Below the pieces are notes generated by a model. The model saw only the letters and a list, made by a program, of their open reading frames with translations. It was not told where the DNA came from and did no database searches. The position numbers and the translations under genes are program-made. DNA of 64,000 nt. Source: Octopus sinensis. Its lineage: Eukaryota. This document shows positions 12,350 to 25,686 of this stretch, piece by piece. The stretch covers positions 36,208,001 to 36,272,000 of the forward strand of contig NC_042998.1 in the NCBI RefSeq assembly GCF_006345805.1, written 5' to 3'. Within the stretch, counting starts at the first letter, position 1. Each line of letters opens with the position of its first letter.

Positions 12350-12660
12350 GTTCGTTTGCCGCTACGTTCTGAGTTCAAATTCCGTCGAGGTCCACTTTGC
12401 CTTTCATCCTTTCGGGGGTTGATTAAATAAGTACCAGTTACGCACTGGGTCGAAGTAATCGACTTAATCCATTTGTCTGTCTTTGTTCGTCCCCTCAGTG
12501 TTTAGCCACTTGTGGGTAGTAAAGAAATAGGTATTTCGTCTGCCGTTACGTTCTGAGTTCAAATTCCGCCGAGGTCGACTTTGCCATTCATCCTTTCGGG
12601 GTCGATAAATTAATTACCAGCTGCGTACTGGGGTCATCTAATCGACTGGTCCCCCCCAAA
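12350..12660 (+). mobile_element. SINE family A, tandem dimer
   Basis: Two core units joined at aaagaaatag|gtatttcgtc (~12530). Confidence 0.9.
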
Positions 12661-12680
12661 AAAAAAATTTCAGTTGAAAA

Positions 12681-12717
<37 letters not shown>

Positions 12718-12718
<1 letters not shown>

Positions 12719-13809
12719 TAGCAGTATCACCCGGTGTTGCTTGGGTTTGTTTCGACCCTTTAGAATTGGAATTTTTGAAAAGTAAAAATTTTGCATTATG
12801 CAACTTGTTATTCTCTTCAAGTGAACATTTTCCCAGTTGAAATACACCGAAAAATGGTGACACAGCAGTCAAAAATCGTAAAAAATAGGGATTTTCATAG
12901 AAAAAAGCACCTTTTTGATGTAAATAATTTTTGGTGTTAACATGGTCCGATTTGAATTTTATCTCCTACAGAATAAAGAGCACGCCCTTTTCTATCATAC
13001 TCTCAATTTTGGTCAACTTGCGCTGCAGGGTCTCGAAGGAGATAATGTTAGTTGAAGGCTACCAAACCTGCCACACACAGACAACTTCAGCTTTATATAT
13101 ATAGATTTCCTACACACTACTTTCCATCCTTAATAATGAAACTTGGTAGATCCAAAAGTTAAACACACAGACACACACACAGATACACACACAGACACAC
13201 AAGTTGAGTTTTATATATATAGATTTCTTAACGGGGATTTCAGGGAGTCGCTGGCGATGTATCGTGATGATCAAAAATCCGGCCTGCTAAAATTTGGTTA
13301 AAGTGATTCAAACTGCAGACTCAACGCAAAATGGTCACATTTAATTCAAAGCGTTAAAAATGTTATGAAAACAATTGGTATGTGTTCACAAAGTCCAAAC
13401 GATTAATACGAAAAAACCCTCCAGGCTACATCCCGAAAATTCATTTATTTGCCGAATTTCTACAATGTTTACGGCGATTCGTTTTTATATCTTGATTTTT
13501 TATTTTTCATGCAATTTACACATGCTTGCACGCGTGGTGAACACAGTTCACGTCAAACAGCTGACTGAGTAAAGTTCACTATTCAATGCATGGGATAAGG
13601 CCTAAACAAACAAATTATCGATTTTTGTACTTGCGAGTTGAATTTCGGAACAGAAATAGCGCAGTTCAATTTTCATTCGCCTAAACTTTAAGTGACCCAT
13701 TTTTGGTGGTTCTACGATTTGTTGGCTAGGAGGAAATGTGCCGGTAAGTTAAACACACACATACACAGATACACATACAGACATACAAGTTGAGTTTTAT
13801 ATATATAGA
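12718..13809 (-). mobile_element. Non-autonomous Helitron-like element with one 3' end and three stacked 5' ends
   Basis: Minus strand 3' end acccaagcaacaccgggt hairpin ...CTAG|T (12721-12718); 5' A|TCtatatatataaa ends at 13105, 13223 and 13809, each followed by (TGTC/TG)n. Confidence 0.75.
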
Positions 13810-15229
13810 TATATAGAAGTTATCTAAACATTTGTCCTTAAAGTATTTTATCATCACTAGATTATAGTGTATTAAAGAAGAGTCTCGTTACTAAGAATGA
13901 TCCTCAGGTGGAAAGAGTGGCAGTATGGATAATCCATATGATACAGTTTAGCTTTAAATCTTCAATAAGATTATTCAAATCTTCGAGGAAATTAGCAAAG
14001 GAAAATGACTACAAAATAATTACGATATGAAATAAAAAAAAATATAACACGAAAAGCATAATTTGACATAGACTATATAAAAGAATTATTTAACAATCAG
14101 AATTATTTAACATGAAACACATTTATGGCATTTATTCATTTGTGTAAAGTGCGGTTTAAAGAAAGATTAAATGAATCGAAATAAGGATTGCGTCTGTGAG
14201 TCGATTTCTTATTGATATGAAACTAAATTCATTACGCGAAGAATTAAGTATAATTAAGCATACCGTACTTATATATACGGTATATCTCACATGGTTGTTT
14301 TATTATACGAAAAATAACCGGAATGCACACGAGTACACATTACAACTCTTGCATACGAGGTTTTATTTTTGCTTTGCCCTCCTCACCATCTATAAATAGA
14401 CACTGTTATGATCTATCGCTAAATATCTATTGGCTCACATCCAGCTCTTTAGATAATTCAGTAAGAACACAAATTCAATATCTGTCAATCAGACTTAAGT
14501 TAGAACGTTGAATAATGGTTTCGAAGTGGAGGGAAAACAGAGCTTTAATAAACGCTTGAGTCGACAAATAATTGCACTGTATGTTTCGCCGTAAATATCG
14601 CAGTGTGTCTGACATCTGAACTTACACATGTTAACCCACAATAATTTTAGATTCAGAGAGTGCAGAAAACAATAAAAGAAGCAAGATAAATTTAGTCAAA
14701 GAGAAATATGTAATTAAATTTATTGCTACAAAATCTCTTGTCTGCGACTGCACACCCGCACGGATATTAGACGTACAAACATCTATTTATTCATAGACTG
14801 ATTAGTCTATGTAATATACTCATACAAACGCTCATATGCATATATCTGTGAGTGTGCGTGATTCGAGAGGAATTGGCGTGAATAGACAGAAATTTAAACA
14901 ATATTATTATTTGACAAAAGGATTAAAGTAAACCCCGATTAGAATATCGATTTGCTGAGGTCGTAGTCCTGTTATTTATACAAGAGGTTTACAATTGAGA
15001 CTGCATAATGTTCATACCTTTCTCAAGACCATTTGTCGAGTATATTAACTGGATTAACGTCAAACAGGAACGGAAACTAGGTCACCACCTCAGACTGTCA
15101 GAAGATGATCTCTTGCGTTACAGCGTTTGTCACATATAGAAGTTTTCCCTTGGTTATGTTGCCCCGTTTAATTCGTGTTGTGTGTGCGTGCACGTGCGTG
15201 TTTGCGTATGTATGTGCACACAAACACAT

Positions 15230-15269
<40 letters not shown>

Positions 15270-15309
15270 TTACCCAATATATAACTACAGCCATCCATAC
15301 ATCTCTCTC

Positions 15310-15451
15310 TCTATATATATATCTATATATCTATCTATATCTATATATCTATCTATATATATATATTATATATATAATATATATGTATATATATGTATGC
15401 ATATATATATATATGTATATATATATATGTATATATATGTATATATATATG

Positions 15452-15482
<31 letters not shown>

Positions 15483-15582
15483 GTATATATATATGTGTAT
15501 ATATATATATGTATATATATATGTATATATATATGTATATATATATGTATATATATGATATATATATATGTATATATATATG

Positions 15583-15613
<31 letters not shown>

Positions 15614-15658
15614 GTATATATGTATATATGTATATATATATGTATATATGTATATATG

Positions 15659-15689
<31 letters not shown>

Positions 15690-15692
15690 GTA

Positions 15693-15766
<74 letters not shown>
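15310..15766. repeat. (TA)n/(TATG)n microsatellite
   Basis: Directly visible. Confidence 0.95.
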
Positions 15767-15769
<3 letters not shown>

Positions 15770-16052
15770 AGAGGTGTTGTGAAGCGTCTGGAGAAACTAT
15801 ATAACTATAATTGCCAAACTAATAGAGCATCTATTCAGCTCCGTTTAATGATCCGAATGTCTAAAATCAGAGTATCAATAATGGCTGTATAATCAATAAT
15901 GATTGTATGATGCGATACAATTTGTTCGGCGCATTAAACAATCAATGAAATCTTTCTCTTAATGACGTATGAATTTGATGTCTCACGTTTATCACAGATT
16001 GGAAAGTACGAGTGCAATGCCTTCGATTTATGATGAGTTGAAGCGAACATAT

Positions 16053-16178
16053 TGCGGATGTCTTCCAGCCTCTTATTTTGTCGCCATTTTGGTCGTAGGT
16101 CGTTTGAGTGAAGTGGAGGGCTTGTCCTTTGCCGTTTGCTTTGACATAACAACCAAATCCCGCCGTATCAAGGTAAGA
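16053..16178 (+). promoter_or_regulatory. Candidate housekeeping-type promoter and non-coding first exon
   Basis: ETS-like gcggatgt (~16054), pyrimidine-rich initiator-like cttccagcctctt, YY1 motif cgccatttt (16082-16090), strong donor AAG|GTAAGA at 16172/16173, in non-repetitive sequence. Confidence 0.45.
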
Positions 16179-16232
16179 AAAACATGAACAAAATTTTCGC
16201 GATGGAGAAAATAATAAGATACTATCCTTTAT

Positions 16233-16635
16233 TTTTTTCTTTACTTGTTTCAGTCACTGGACAGCGGCCATGCTTGGGTACAACCTTCAAGAGTTCAGTC
16301 GAACGAATCAATCCCAGGAACTAATATTTAAAAGTTTAGCACTTATTCTATCGGACACATTTTCGGGCACGTGAACAAACCAACACCGGCTGCCATGCGG
16401 TGATGACGGCAAAAACAAAGACGCACACTTGCATACACACACAGGCGCGCGCGCGCACACACACACATACACACACAACAAGCTTCTTTCAGTTTCCGTT
16501 TACCTAATCCACTTATGCTTCAGTCGGCCAGGGGCTTTAGCAGAAGATACTTGCCCAAGTTGCCCCACAATAGGGCTGAATGCAGGACTGTATGACTGGG
16601 AAGCAAAGTTCTTATCACACAGCCAGCCCTGCCCC
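16233..16635 (-). mobile_element. tRNA-derived SINE, family C
   Basis: Reverse complement of 62448-62862 (ttacttgtttcagtca..gcggccatgct; cttctttcagtttccgt; gcagaagatacttgcccaag). Confidence 0.85.
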
Positions 16636-16643
16636 TGGATACA

Positions 16644-16644
<1 letters not shown>

Positions 16645-16725
<81 letters not shown>

Positions 16726-16780
16726 GTCTGTCTGTCTGTCTATCTGTCTGTCTATCTATCTATCTATCTATCTATCTATC

Positions 16781-16820
<40 letters not shown>

Positions 16821-16853
16821 GTCTATCTATATATCTGTCTATCTATCAGTCTG

Positions 16854-16928
<75 letters not shown>

Positions 16929-16958
16929 GTCTATCTGTCTGTCTGTCTGTCTGTCTCT
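16645..16958. repeat. (TATC)n/(TGTC)n tetranucleotide array
   Basis: Directly visible. Confidence 0.95.
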
Positions 16959-17017
16959 ACGACGAGCTTCTTTCAGTTTCCGTCTGCTAAGTTCACTGAC
17001 AGTGTTTTTGGTCTTAC

Positions 17018-17790
17018 CTCTATAAAGATGACGCCCTGGTCATTTCAAGGGGAGCAAGCGGGCTTACACTAGATAGGCTTAGGAAAAACTTAATCAGCAC
17101 ACCTGCCTCCATAGGATTGAAGATCACCATAAAGACCAACCTCACAACAGCAGCGGACTTCTTAGACGTCACGCTCGACTTTGGCTCCGGTACTTACAGG
17201 CCCTACCGTAAACCAAACGAGAAGCTAACGTACATCAACACAACCTCCTGTCACCCATCCATCGTGTTCAGGAATCTGGTAAAGGGGGTATATTAGTAAG
17301 AGGATCACGAGCCTTTCCACCAACCAAGAGGCTTTCGACGCAGCGGCCCCTTACTATAACGAGGCCCTGGCTGCCAGTGAATTTAGGGACCGTATCTCCT
17401 ACATGCCGGAACCCAACAGCTGCAGAAGGAAGCGCCGCAGAAATACCATTTGGTTGCCCTCCTTCTCACTTAACACAATAACACCCGTAGGTAGGCTATT
17501 CCTTAAATTAATAGACAAGCATTTCACTAGCTCCAATAAGTACGAGCCTATTTTCAACAGGCTCAATATTAGAGTCTCATTAAGCTGTGGCCCCCAAATT
17601 AAGAACATCCTAGTTAGAGCCCCTAAGACTCAGGAAGTGGTAGTTTGTTCATGCGGGGACCTCAACAGTTGCCCTGTAGGAGGCCACTGCGAAACCAAAG
17701 AGGTCGTCTATCAAACCGAAGTACTAGCGGACCCTGGCAATACCACCGGCGGGAACGATAGTGGCCGTAGACACAAGAACCGTAGTTGAT
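17018..17790 (+). mobile_element. Penelope-like element fragment (RT catalytic motif, thumb, Cys-rich linker, start of GIY-YIG)
   Basis: LYKDDAL...GLKITIKTNL..DFLDVTLDFGSGTYRPYRKPNEKLTYINTTSCHP; later RRNTIWLPSFS..VGRLFLKLIDKHF..IFNR..VSLSC; CSCGDLNSCPVGGHCETKEVVYQTEV; frameshifts and stops. Confidence 0.88.
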
Positions 17791-18850
17791 GATATCTGAA
17801 AAGTAACAGCAATTTTAGGGAAACATTAAGCAACACTAATAAATTTTAAAAAGACATAAAAATAAACAAGCTTTTCACGGTTTTACAGATATTTCAAAAT
17901 TATGATGCTATGATGTTGAGTGTTTCCATTATTTTGTCCAACTTCCGTATATTCAGTTACTCGAAGCTGAAGCGTTTTTTCTTAGCCCCTCTTAGGATGT
18001 AAACTTAGTGTGTTTTGAAGGGGATAAGAAAGTGAAAAATTAACTGAGAAGGTTTGATATGGAAATCGAAACTTCGTACTAGAATTGATTTGCCGAAGTT
18101 TTACTATCATCACAACCATTTTAGAGAATGCTGGAGAGAAATGTTGCGATGTCACTGTCTTGCGGTGCGACACCAGCAGTGAAAATAAGGTTCATTATTA
18201 TAAATGGGAACCGAAATCAGTTTTGACTTTCGACTCGCTAAGCGACTTATTCTTGTTAACGATGGTAGACAGAAGATATCAATCTTGATTTGTCCATTAA
18301 CTGAGAGCTCTACAAATTTGCTGGAGCGGGAGGATGAGGAGATGTTATGCAGTTAGACGAATCAACTCTTGGGTATGACTAGCAGCAGGATTTTCTGTTG
18401 ACTCTCGCAGGATTTGAAATCAGTAATTAATATGTGAAACTCTGTAAGATATTTATCTCGGTGCTGTATTATTTCTAAGATTCTGTCAGTTGTTAGAAAC
18501 CGCTCTCAGTATTGTAATTGGTGGCTAACGTAGATTGGTAAACTAGCTGGAACTTCAGTTTCAAAGCTTCCGTTGATCCATTTTACTTCGTTCATATTGG
18601 TTAAGATTACAAGACAACTAGAAAATATGCAAAATTATTTACATCACATGCCTCATGTTGTTGTCTAATTTCCTGAAAATATAGACACTTCTGCTCTCAC
18701 AGAACAGAAAGAATACATCCCTATGTATATTGACAGGACAGACGTTGTTGAAATGCTTTTAGCCATATGTGCGATCCATTTCGATCGATTTGGAACTAAA
18801 CAGGCAGCTTCTATGTCTTGAAAGATGGTAACAGACTTGGGTTACAAAGA

Positions 18851-19170
18851 TGCTGGTAGAATCGTTAGCACGCCGGGTGAACTGCTTAGCGGTATTTCGT
18901 CTGCCTCTACGTTCTGAATTCAAATTTCGCCGAGGTCGACTTTGCCTTTCATCCTTTCGGAGTCGATTAAATAAGTACCAGTTACGCACTGGGGTCGATG
19001 TAATAGTCTTACTCCCTTTGTACTTGTTTGTTCCCCCTATGTTTACCCCCTGTAGGCAATTAAAAATAAACAAACTAACCTCATTCTACTGCATTCTGAG
19101 TTCAAATCCGGCCAACGTTGACTTTGGTTTCAATCCCTCTGACGTTGATAGAATATCGGCTATGTACCAG
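18851..19170 (+). mobile_element. SINE family A plus an adjacent older fragment
   Basis: gctggtagaatcgttagcacgccggg...core...gtaggcaattaaaaataa followed by a degenerate core. Confidence 0.85.
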
Positions 19171-20799
19171 CGTTTATTCAACCGACTCACCGATTCCTAC
19201 AGATTTTGTACTTCATGTTAATCTAAGAAATGAACATTAATGAGTTAAAAGTCATTTCATTGCATCGAGCTGTCCTTATAATTTCTGTTCTTTTGTATTT
19301 GCATAATTCATTAAAAAAATAGCAAACTCCCCGTGGTGTGATGGCTAACACATTTGTCCGGTAAAAAAGTAGAATTTCGTAAAAAAATAATGTTTTATGA
19401 AGCAATATTTGCTGTGTTCGTTCTTAAAATAACAGAAACAATTCAGAATGTTTCAAAATCGATTAAAATAATTCAACTTTTTTTTCAAAAATAAAATATT
19501 TAAAACTAGAAAATACTTCCTTTTTCCAGCTGCTGAACAACTTTTATTCAGTTGGATCAAGGGAATACTAGACAAGTTCATTTGAGTTAAGGAAATCCAC
19601 CTAAAAAAAGAATTAAAGAAAAAAAATTAGAAGAAAATGTGCTTTTTAATGACTGCAATGAATATCTGAAGTGATGGACATATTTTAACGATTAACACAT
19701 AGTGTGAACTTATTTAAACCGTTCTTATTGCCAAATAATAGTTTAATGGAAATGGAGAGAATGGAGTTGAGTGGATGTCAGAGAGGTTAAATGCAAGGAG
19801 GGTGTATTTGTGATTGAAATAAACGAAGAGAAAAGAAAGAAATAAAATGAAAACCAACAGAGCAACATTGAAAATATTTTTGCGTTTAAGGCAACGAACA
19901 AATTATGCTTTTGTTTTACTAACCCAAATCAATGGATATTTAACGTGTTTAATTATAGAGGGCACTTTGCTTAATTTAAACAAATATATTATTAAAATCA
20001 ATCTATTGATAATGTCGGTTATTGTTGTAAGAAATTAAACGTAATGTTGAATTCTTTCACAAGCAGAAGCGCTAATTTGTCTTTGTGACGGAGCGGAATT
20101 TGTAGACGTTGAATTATTGGTTCATATTTACAGATCTCGGACGAATGAAAGATGAAATAAACTTTAGCGGAACTTGAACCTCTATGGATTGAAACGAAAT
20201 AATATTTAGTGTATTCTGCCTGTATTTCACTATATGGATACAATAAGGATTTCTTTGGAGTTTAATGAAAGCTGGCTTCCAAGGGAAAAAAAAGCCATTT
20301 GATGAAATATACTTCAGTACATAACTAGTAAATATTTTGTGGACATCAAAAGATCAACCGAAGTATGATAAATTGCGAGCCAAAAAAAGTATCCAAAATA
20401 ACAGCTCCTCCTCTGACGTGGGCAACTCAGACCCGCTAAGGTCTGAGTAAAACAAGTTCCTTTTCCCAGCCATCGCCTACTCTCGTTGAGAGAAAGCACC
20501 CTTCATAGCAACCGTTCATTTTTGACTGCATCGAAAAGATTTAAGGCGTTCTTAAATTTTGATATTCATTACCATATAATTTTTAATTTAAAAAGAACTC
20601 GCTTATATTGTTTTCAATTAAAGGTTTCAGCATTTTAAAACTGACGAGGAAAAATAATTATGAGAGATACAACAAAGTGATTATAAAGCAATTATGAAGT
20701 CGTGCACATAAAGCAACATCGTCTGCGTGACACGGATTTCAATTGCATGCATAAGATAAATGCCATGAATAAGAATAGAATTCGTAAATTTATAAGGTG

Positions 20800-22052
20800 A
20801 CTTTTTATTGCCCACGAGGGATCAACAAAGAGGGGACAATACAACACATGTGGGGACACTGAACAAATGAAAAAACACAAAAAAACAAAACGTATGGTAC
20901 AATGGTTATGAAAAAAAAATGAAAATTGAAAGTGGCGCTACTTCCTTTTTCTTTGTATTCCATTATATCGAGTCCATAATTTTCTTTGAGTTCCTCATAC
21001 CCTATGTCATTTGGTAATCTCTCCTTATCATATTCTCCCTTCCAAACCGCGTAGTTTCCTTTGTGTTTGTTTTTTCAATCTCATTGTTTTGATCTTCTGT
21101 TATTAGAATGCATGAATGGCTCCCGCTAGCACTCTCCTCATCCTCTACCCTAACCATCACTGTATTCTCCCATTCCGTCACCTGTTTAACCAGTTCATCG
21201 TCTGCTTCCTCGCACCCCACACACGCATCACAACTAGTGGGGGTCGGGGAAATTTGTGGGTTCCTGTGTGTTATTGTTTTTCTTTTTTGTTTTTGTGTTG
21301 GAGGGGAATGGAAAGGTTTGGTGTCAGCAGGGAGAGGGTGGGACGAAGAGAGTGTGGGTGGGCATTGGGTAATTGTGGGGTGGGGTTCTGTGTGTGTTGG
21401 ACTTACTTTCTTCCTTTTTCTCTTTTTTCTTTTTCCTATTGTCTCTCATTCTTTCTCTTCTCCTTCCACTTCTACCGGTAACATTGTTTCTTCCTTCTGT
21501 GGTTCCTCTTGGTCTTCTTCCTGGAGTTCTTCCTCTTGTCGCCGTGTTACTTTGTCTGGTGGAGGGCATCTCGCTCTAATGTGGCCCTTCAGGCCAAATT
21601 TATAGCAGCGAGGGATTCTGCCCTCCACTCTGACGCTCATTAATGTGTCGTTCACCGTAATGGTCTCTTCCATGTTCTCTATCGTCTCGTCAGACCCCTG
21701 AATGATCATATTCAGTGTCTGACCCTTCCAATTGACACTTTTTATCTTTGTGGCCTGGAGCACCGCTCTCTTATCTTGGCTACCCATTAGGACAGCGGTT
21801 GCTATCCAGGCCACATCCATCTCCGGTGGAATTCTTTCCACCGAGAACTCTCCGTCCCAGGTATGTGGGTAGGAGTACTATTTCCTCACCATTTATTGTG
21901 GTTGCAGCATGTTTTCTCGCCGTTGTTCCATCTTTAAACCGAACTTCCACCTCACCGTACTTCGTCCCTCTGGCAAGATACACTATCTCTTGCCAGATTA
22001 GCCTCAACACCTTCTCCACTTCACCGAGAATGTTTTATACGTCACCGTTCTG
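20800..22052 (-). mobile_element. Tx1/L1-type ORF1 (gag-like zinc knuckle) relic running directly into a LINE-type 3' end (HAL1-like)
   Basis: IVYLARGTKYGEVEVRF..LLPTYLGRR; VRVEGRIPRCYKFGLKGHIRARCP (degenerate CX2CX4HX4C); E/K-rich tail; 3' end gtcccctctttgttgatccctcgtgggcaataaaaag; no ORF2 in between. Confidence 0.7.
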
Positions 22053-22084
22053 ACATAGATGATGTCAGAGTACAAATTAAATAT

Positions 22085-22493
22085 TGATTTCAAATTTTGC
22101 CATTACGCCAACACCTTCGGAGGAGGGGTAAGTTGCTTACATGGACTCCAGTGCTCAACTAGTACTTATTTTATCGACGACGACTTCGGCAGAATTTGAA
22201 CTCAGGACGTAAAGACAGACGAAATGCGGTTAAGCATTTTGCCCTGTGTGCTAACGGTTTCGCCAGCGCGGAGCCCAATACATACTAAATAGTAATGAAA
22301 ACTTTTGGCAAAAGGCCAGCAATTTTGTGGGTGGGAGTAAGCCGATTAAATCGATCCCAGTGCTCAACTGGTACTTTTTTTATTGACCCAAAAAAGCAAA
22401 GTCGACCTCGGCGGAATTAGAACTCAGAACATAAAGAAAGACGAAATGCGGTTAGGCATTTTGCCGTAACGGTTCTGCTAGCTCACCGCCTTC
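22085..22493 (-). mobile_element. Two adjacent SINE family A copies
   Basis: Two reverse-complement cores (~22085-22270 and ~22300-22493). Confidence 0.85.
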
Positions 22494-23660
22494 TACAAAC
22501 TAAATATTAAACAGGAGAAGTAAAGGTACGTCAGAACGAGAAACCTATGAAGACGCTACAAGCTTGTTCATCAAATAAGTTTTAGTTTTCTTGTATCTTC
22601 AAAAGAAACAGTTTATTGTAACGTATGTCTCTTGCACTCTACCGCCATTGACATACATTACTCACACCACTTCTCTCTCCTTCTTCTCTCCATACTCTTC
22701 GTATAACAACATATATGAAATATATATAGATATTACATAAACACACACACACACACACCCTATACACACATACACATGTGCATACTTAGAAACGAATTCG
22801 CATAGTTACACGTACACATATACATCGACAGGAGCAAGTCTGTGTTTCAGGGCGTGGTTAGCTATTCCTGTCTTTATCATTTCTATATTTCATTTATCCA
22901 TATATATTATGTTCATTTCTCTTCATTTTTATTCTATTGCTTTTTAGGTCTCTATTGTGTTCCATATTCATACATTTATAACTGTATGTCTGTATCAACA
23001 TCATACCGCGTGTCTCCGTTTGCATTATCATTCTTAAGTGGAACCCATCTATGGATGGCTGTATGTGTCTATGTAAGCATATATCCATCCATTTGTGCCT
23101 ATGTTTACGTTCACGACGAGGGAGAAATTTGGGGATACGTGCACCCTATTAAATGAACACATAGAAATGCAGCTGGTTTCCTCGGACCATATAAGAATAA
23201 ATATTTTGCGTTACTATTCTTAAAAAAAATATAAACAGCAGGACAATAGACATAAGCATTCACAATAAACAAACACACGCTCACATACATTAAATTTTCT
23301 AGGAAGTCAACCTGAGAATGCTCAGAACAAACGGTACATGTGTTCAATGACCTTCAATCATTGTAGTATATACGAAATTTTTTTCTGCCATTCCTTTTGT
23401 GGCAGCCATTGTTGGTTGTTATTCTTTGTGCTAACATTTCCAGCTTTAATGACACGAAACTATTTTCCATACGACTATAGATTTGTTTTATTTCGTTAAC
23501 TTTGTAAGGAAGCAAATAGCTGACATATTACGTTCTTCACTCGCACGCATATCCGCTTATATATATTCGCACAGAAATTTTGTATATATTTATGTATGTG
23601 ATATACATACATGCATATATGCGTACACACACATACACATATACATATATGTATATACTG

Positions 23661-23747
<87 letters not shown>

Positions 23748-23750
<3 letters not shown>

Positions 23751-23803
23751 TATATGCATATTTGCATACCTGAGCTTACACAGACATCTGCATATGTTTA
23801 TAT

Positions 23804-23840
<37 letters not shown>

Positions 23841-23888
23841 TATATGCATATTTGCATACATGAGCTTACACAGACATCTGCATATGTT

Positions 23889-23900
<12 letters not shown>
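23748..23900. repeat. Tandem duplication of a ~50-bp unique unit inside (TA)n
   Basis: tgttatatgcatatttgcatac(c/a)tgagcttacacagacatctgcatatgttt at ~23748 and ~23838. Confidence 0.9.
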
Positions 23901-23921
<21 letters not shown>

Positions 23922-24904
23922 ACTCACACACACACACGCACACACACACACACACACATACACACACACACACACATATACATGCTTACATGAGCATATG
24001 ATTGAAATATTTAGATACCCGCATACATGAATGTATATTTGTGCGTATGAAAAATGTATATATGTACATATGGCATGCATATGTGCATGTTTGCGTGTGT
24101 ATTCGATGTGTGTTTCGTTTGACCAAAAAAAAAAAAAAAGGAACTCAAACCTAGGCGAGAGCGCATGAATAGCTATCGCATTGGAAACAAACGAATACAA
24201 ATAAAAACAAAAGGCAAAAAGGCAGAACACAAACAAAGCCAAACAAAATGGAGAACATGATGAAAACACACGTGTCAAATTGTGTCGCTGTTACAGTGTC
24301 TACATCATTTATTTACCATCTGCACCAGACGATGAACAAAAGTAGCACCAGTGATATTGGTGATAGCTAGTGAGACATTTGCAACACCGCTGTTACTCTT
24401 TATAAAACGTTGCATTGACCAACAGGGAACCGCAATGTGATCAACTAATCTGCTAGAAATAGCAGTCAAATCCACTCCTGACAGATGAATTTGATTAATT
24501 AGCATCTAAAAAATAAAGGACATTATTAGATGGGATAATGTGATCCTGGGTAAGTCATCTGAAAATAAGATGGGATGATCGTGGCAGGAAGGCTTTGATC
24601 ATCAGTTTTGTTGGAACACTGGAATTGATTATATATTATGAGCCCGATTGGATGAAAGACGATAATTAAACTCGATCAGATTTGATCTCAGAATGTGAAA
24701 GGAAGTAATTAAATAGTAATGGTGAATTGATCTGGTTTTGTCACTTCTGATTTCACCAGCGAACTGCCTTCTGATGAAAATATCATACAAAGGAACGTTG
24801 CACAAAGATGTGTGAATTAGGACGAATAAGTCATAGAATGATGAGTGGAGGAATGAAGGTGACACAACATAATTTTATAATTGGCCAAAAATTGGTTTCA
24901 CATT

Positions 24905-25115
24905 TGGTTTCCAATTTTGGAACCAGGCCAGCAGTTTCAGAGGAAGGGTTAAGTCGATCACATTGACCCCAGCGCTCGACTGGTATTTAATTCATCGATC
25001 CCGAATGATGAAAGGAAAAGCCGACAGCTAAATTTGAACTCAGAACGTAAAGACAGACGAAATACCGCTAAGCATTTTGCCCGGTGCGCTAACGATTCGG
25101 CCGGTTCGCCGCGCT
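24905..25115 (-). mobile_element. SINE family A
   Basis: Reverse-complement core and head (gaactcagaacgtaaagacagacgaaataccgctaagc). Confidence 0.85.
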
Positions 25116-25686
25116 AATTGGACAAATATCAAAAATGAAAAAATTACAAATATTTACACTCAATAATTAAAGTACGATAAAAAGTAATTAACAACAAGAA
25201 ATATAAAAATTAAGCTGTCCACTTGCAATGAACAGAGTAATCCACGTTCTTGGCTAAACTTCTATTTTACTTCCTTCATCTATTATCTAAAACTGGAGAT
25301 TGAAACATCTTCAGTGAAAAACTTTCGGAAAGTGAGGAGCCATTTTTCCCGAATCATTTGAATATAACCTTTCTTACAGTCTATACGAAGTTTCTTCTTC
25401 TATTCCTCTGTAGCACTCATTGTTCAAAACCCCTAAAGTAGTGGACTGGGTTTTTTTTCTGTACAATTCAGTTTTCTCTGTACAATTCGCAACCAATGAT
25501 ATGGATTTGTTGTCCTCCTTATTTTCTCTAAATTAGTCTAGTATTCAAGGTCATACGACCAGTTTTATTATCCTACTTGAAATTTCCAACGACAGGATAC
25601 TGTTACATTATCGCCCAGGTTATGACATGCAGAATAAGAAAAGTCTACAGTGTGTACATTGAAAATCTGGTGGTATTTGATGGAAA

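Noticed and set aside
23310-23410. Minus-strand caacaATGGCTGCC start in a good context
   Set aside because: The frame closes after about 21 codons and has no strong donor.
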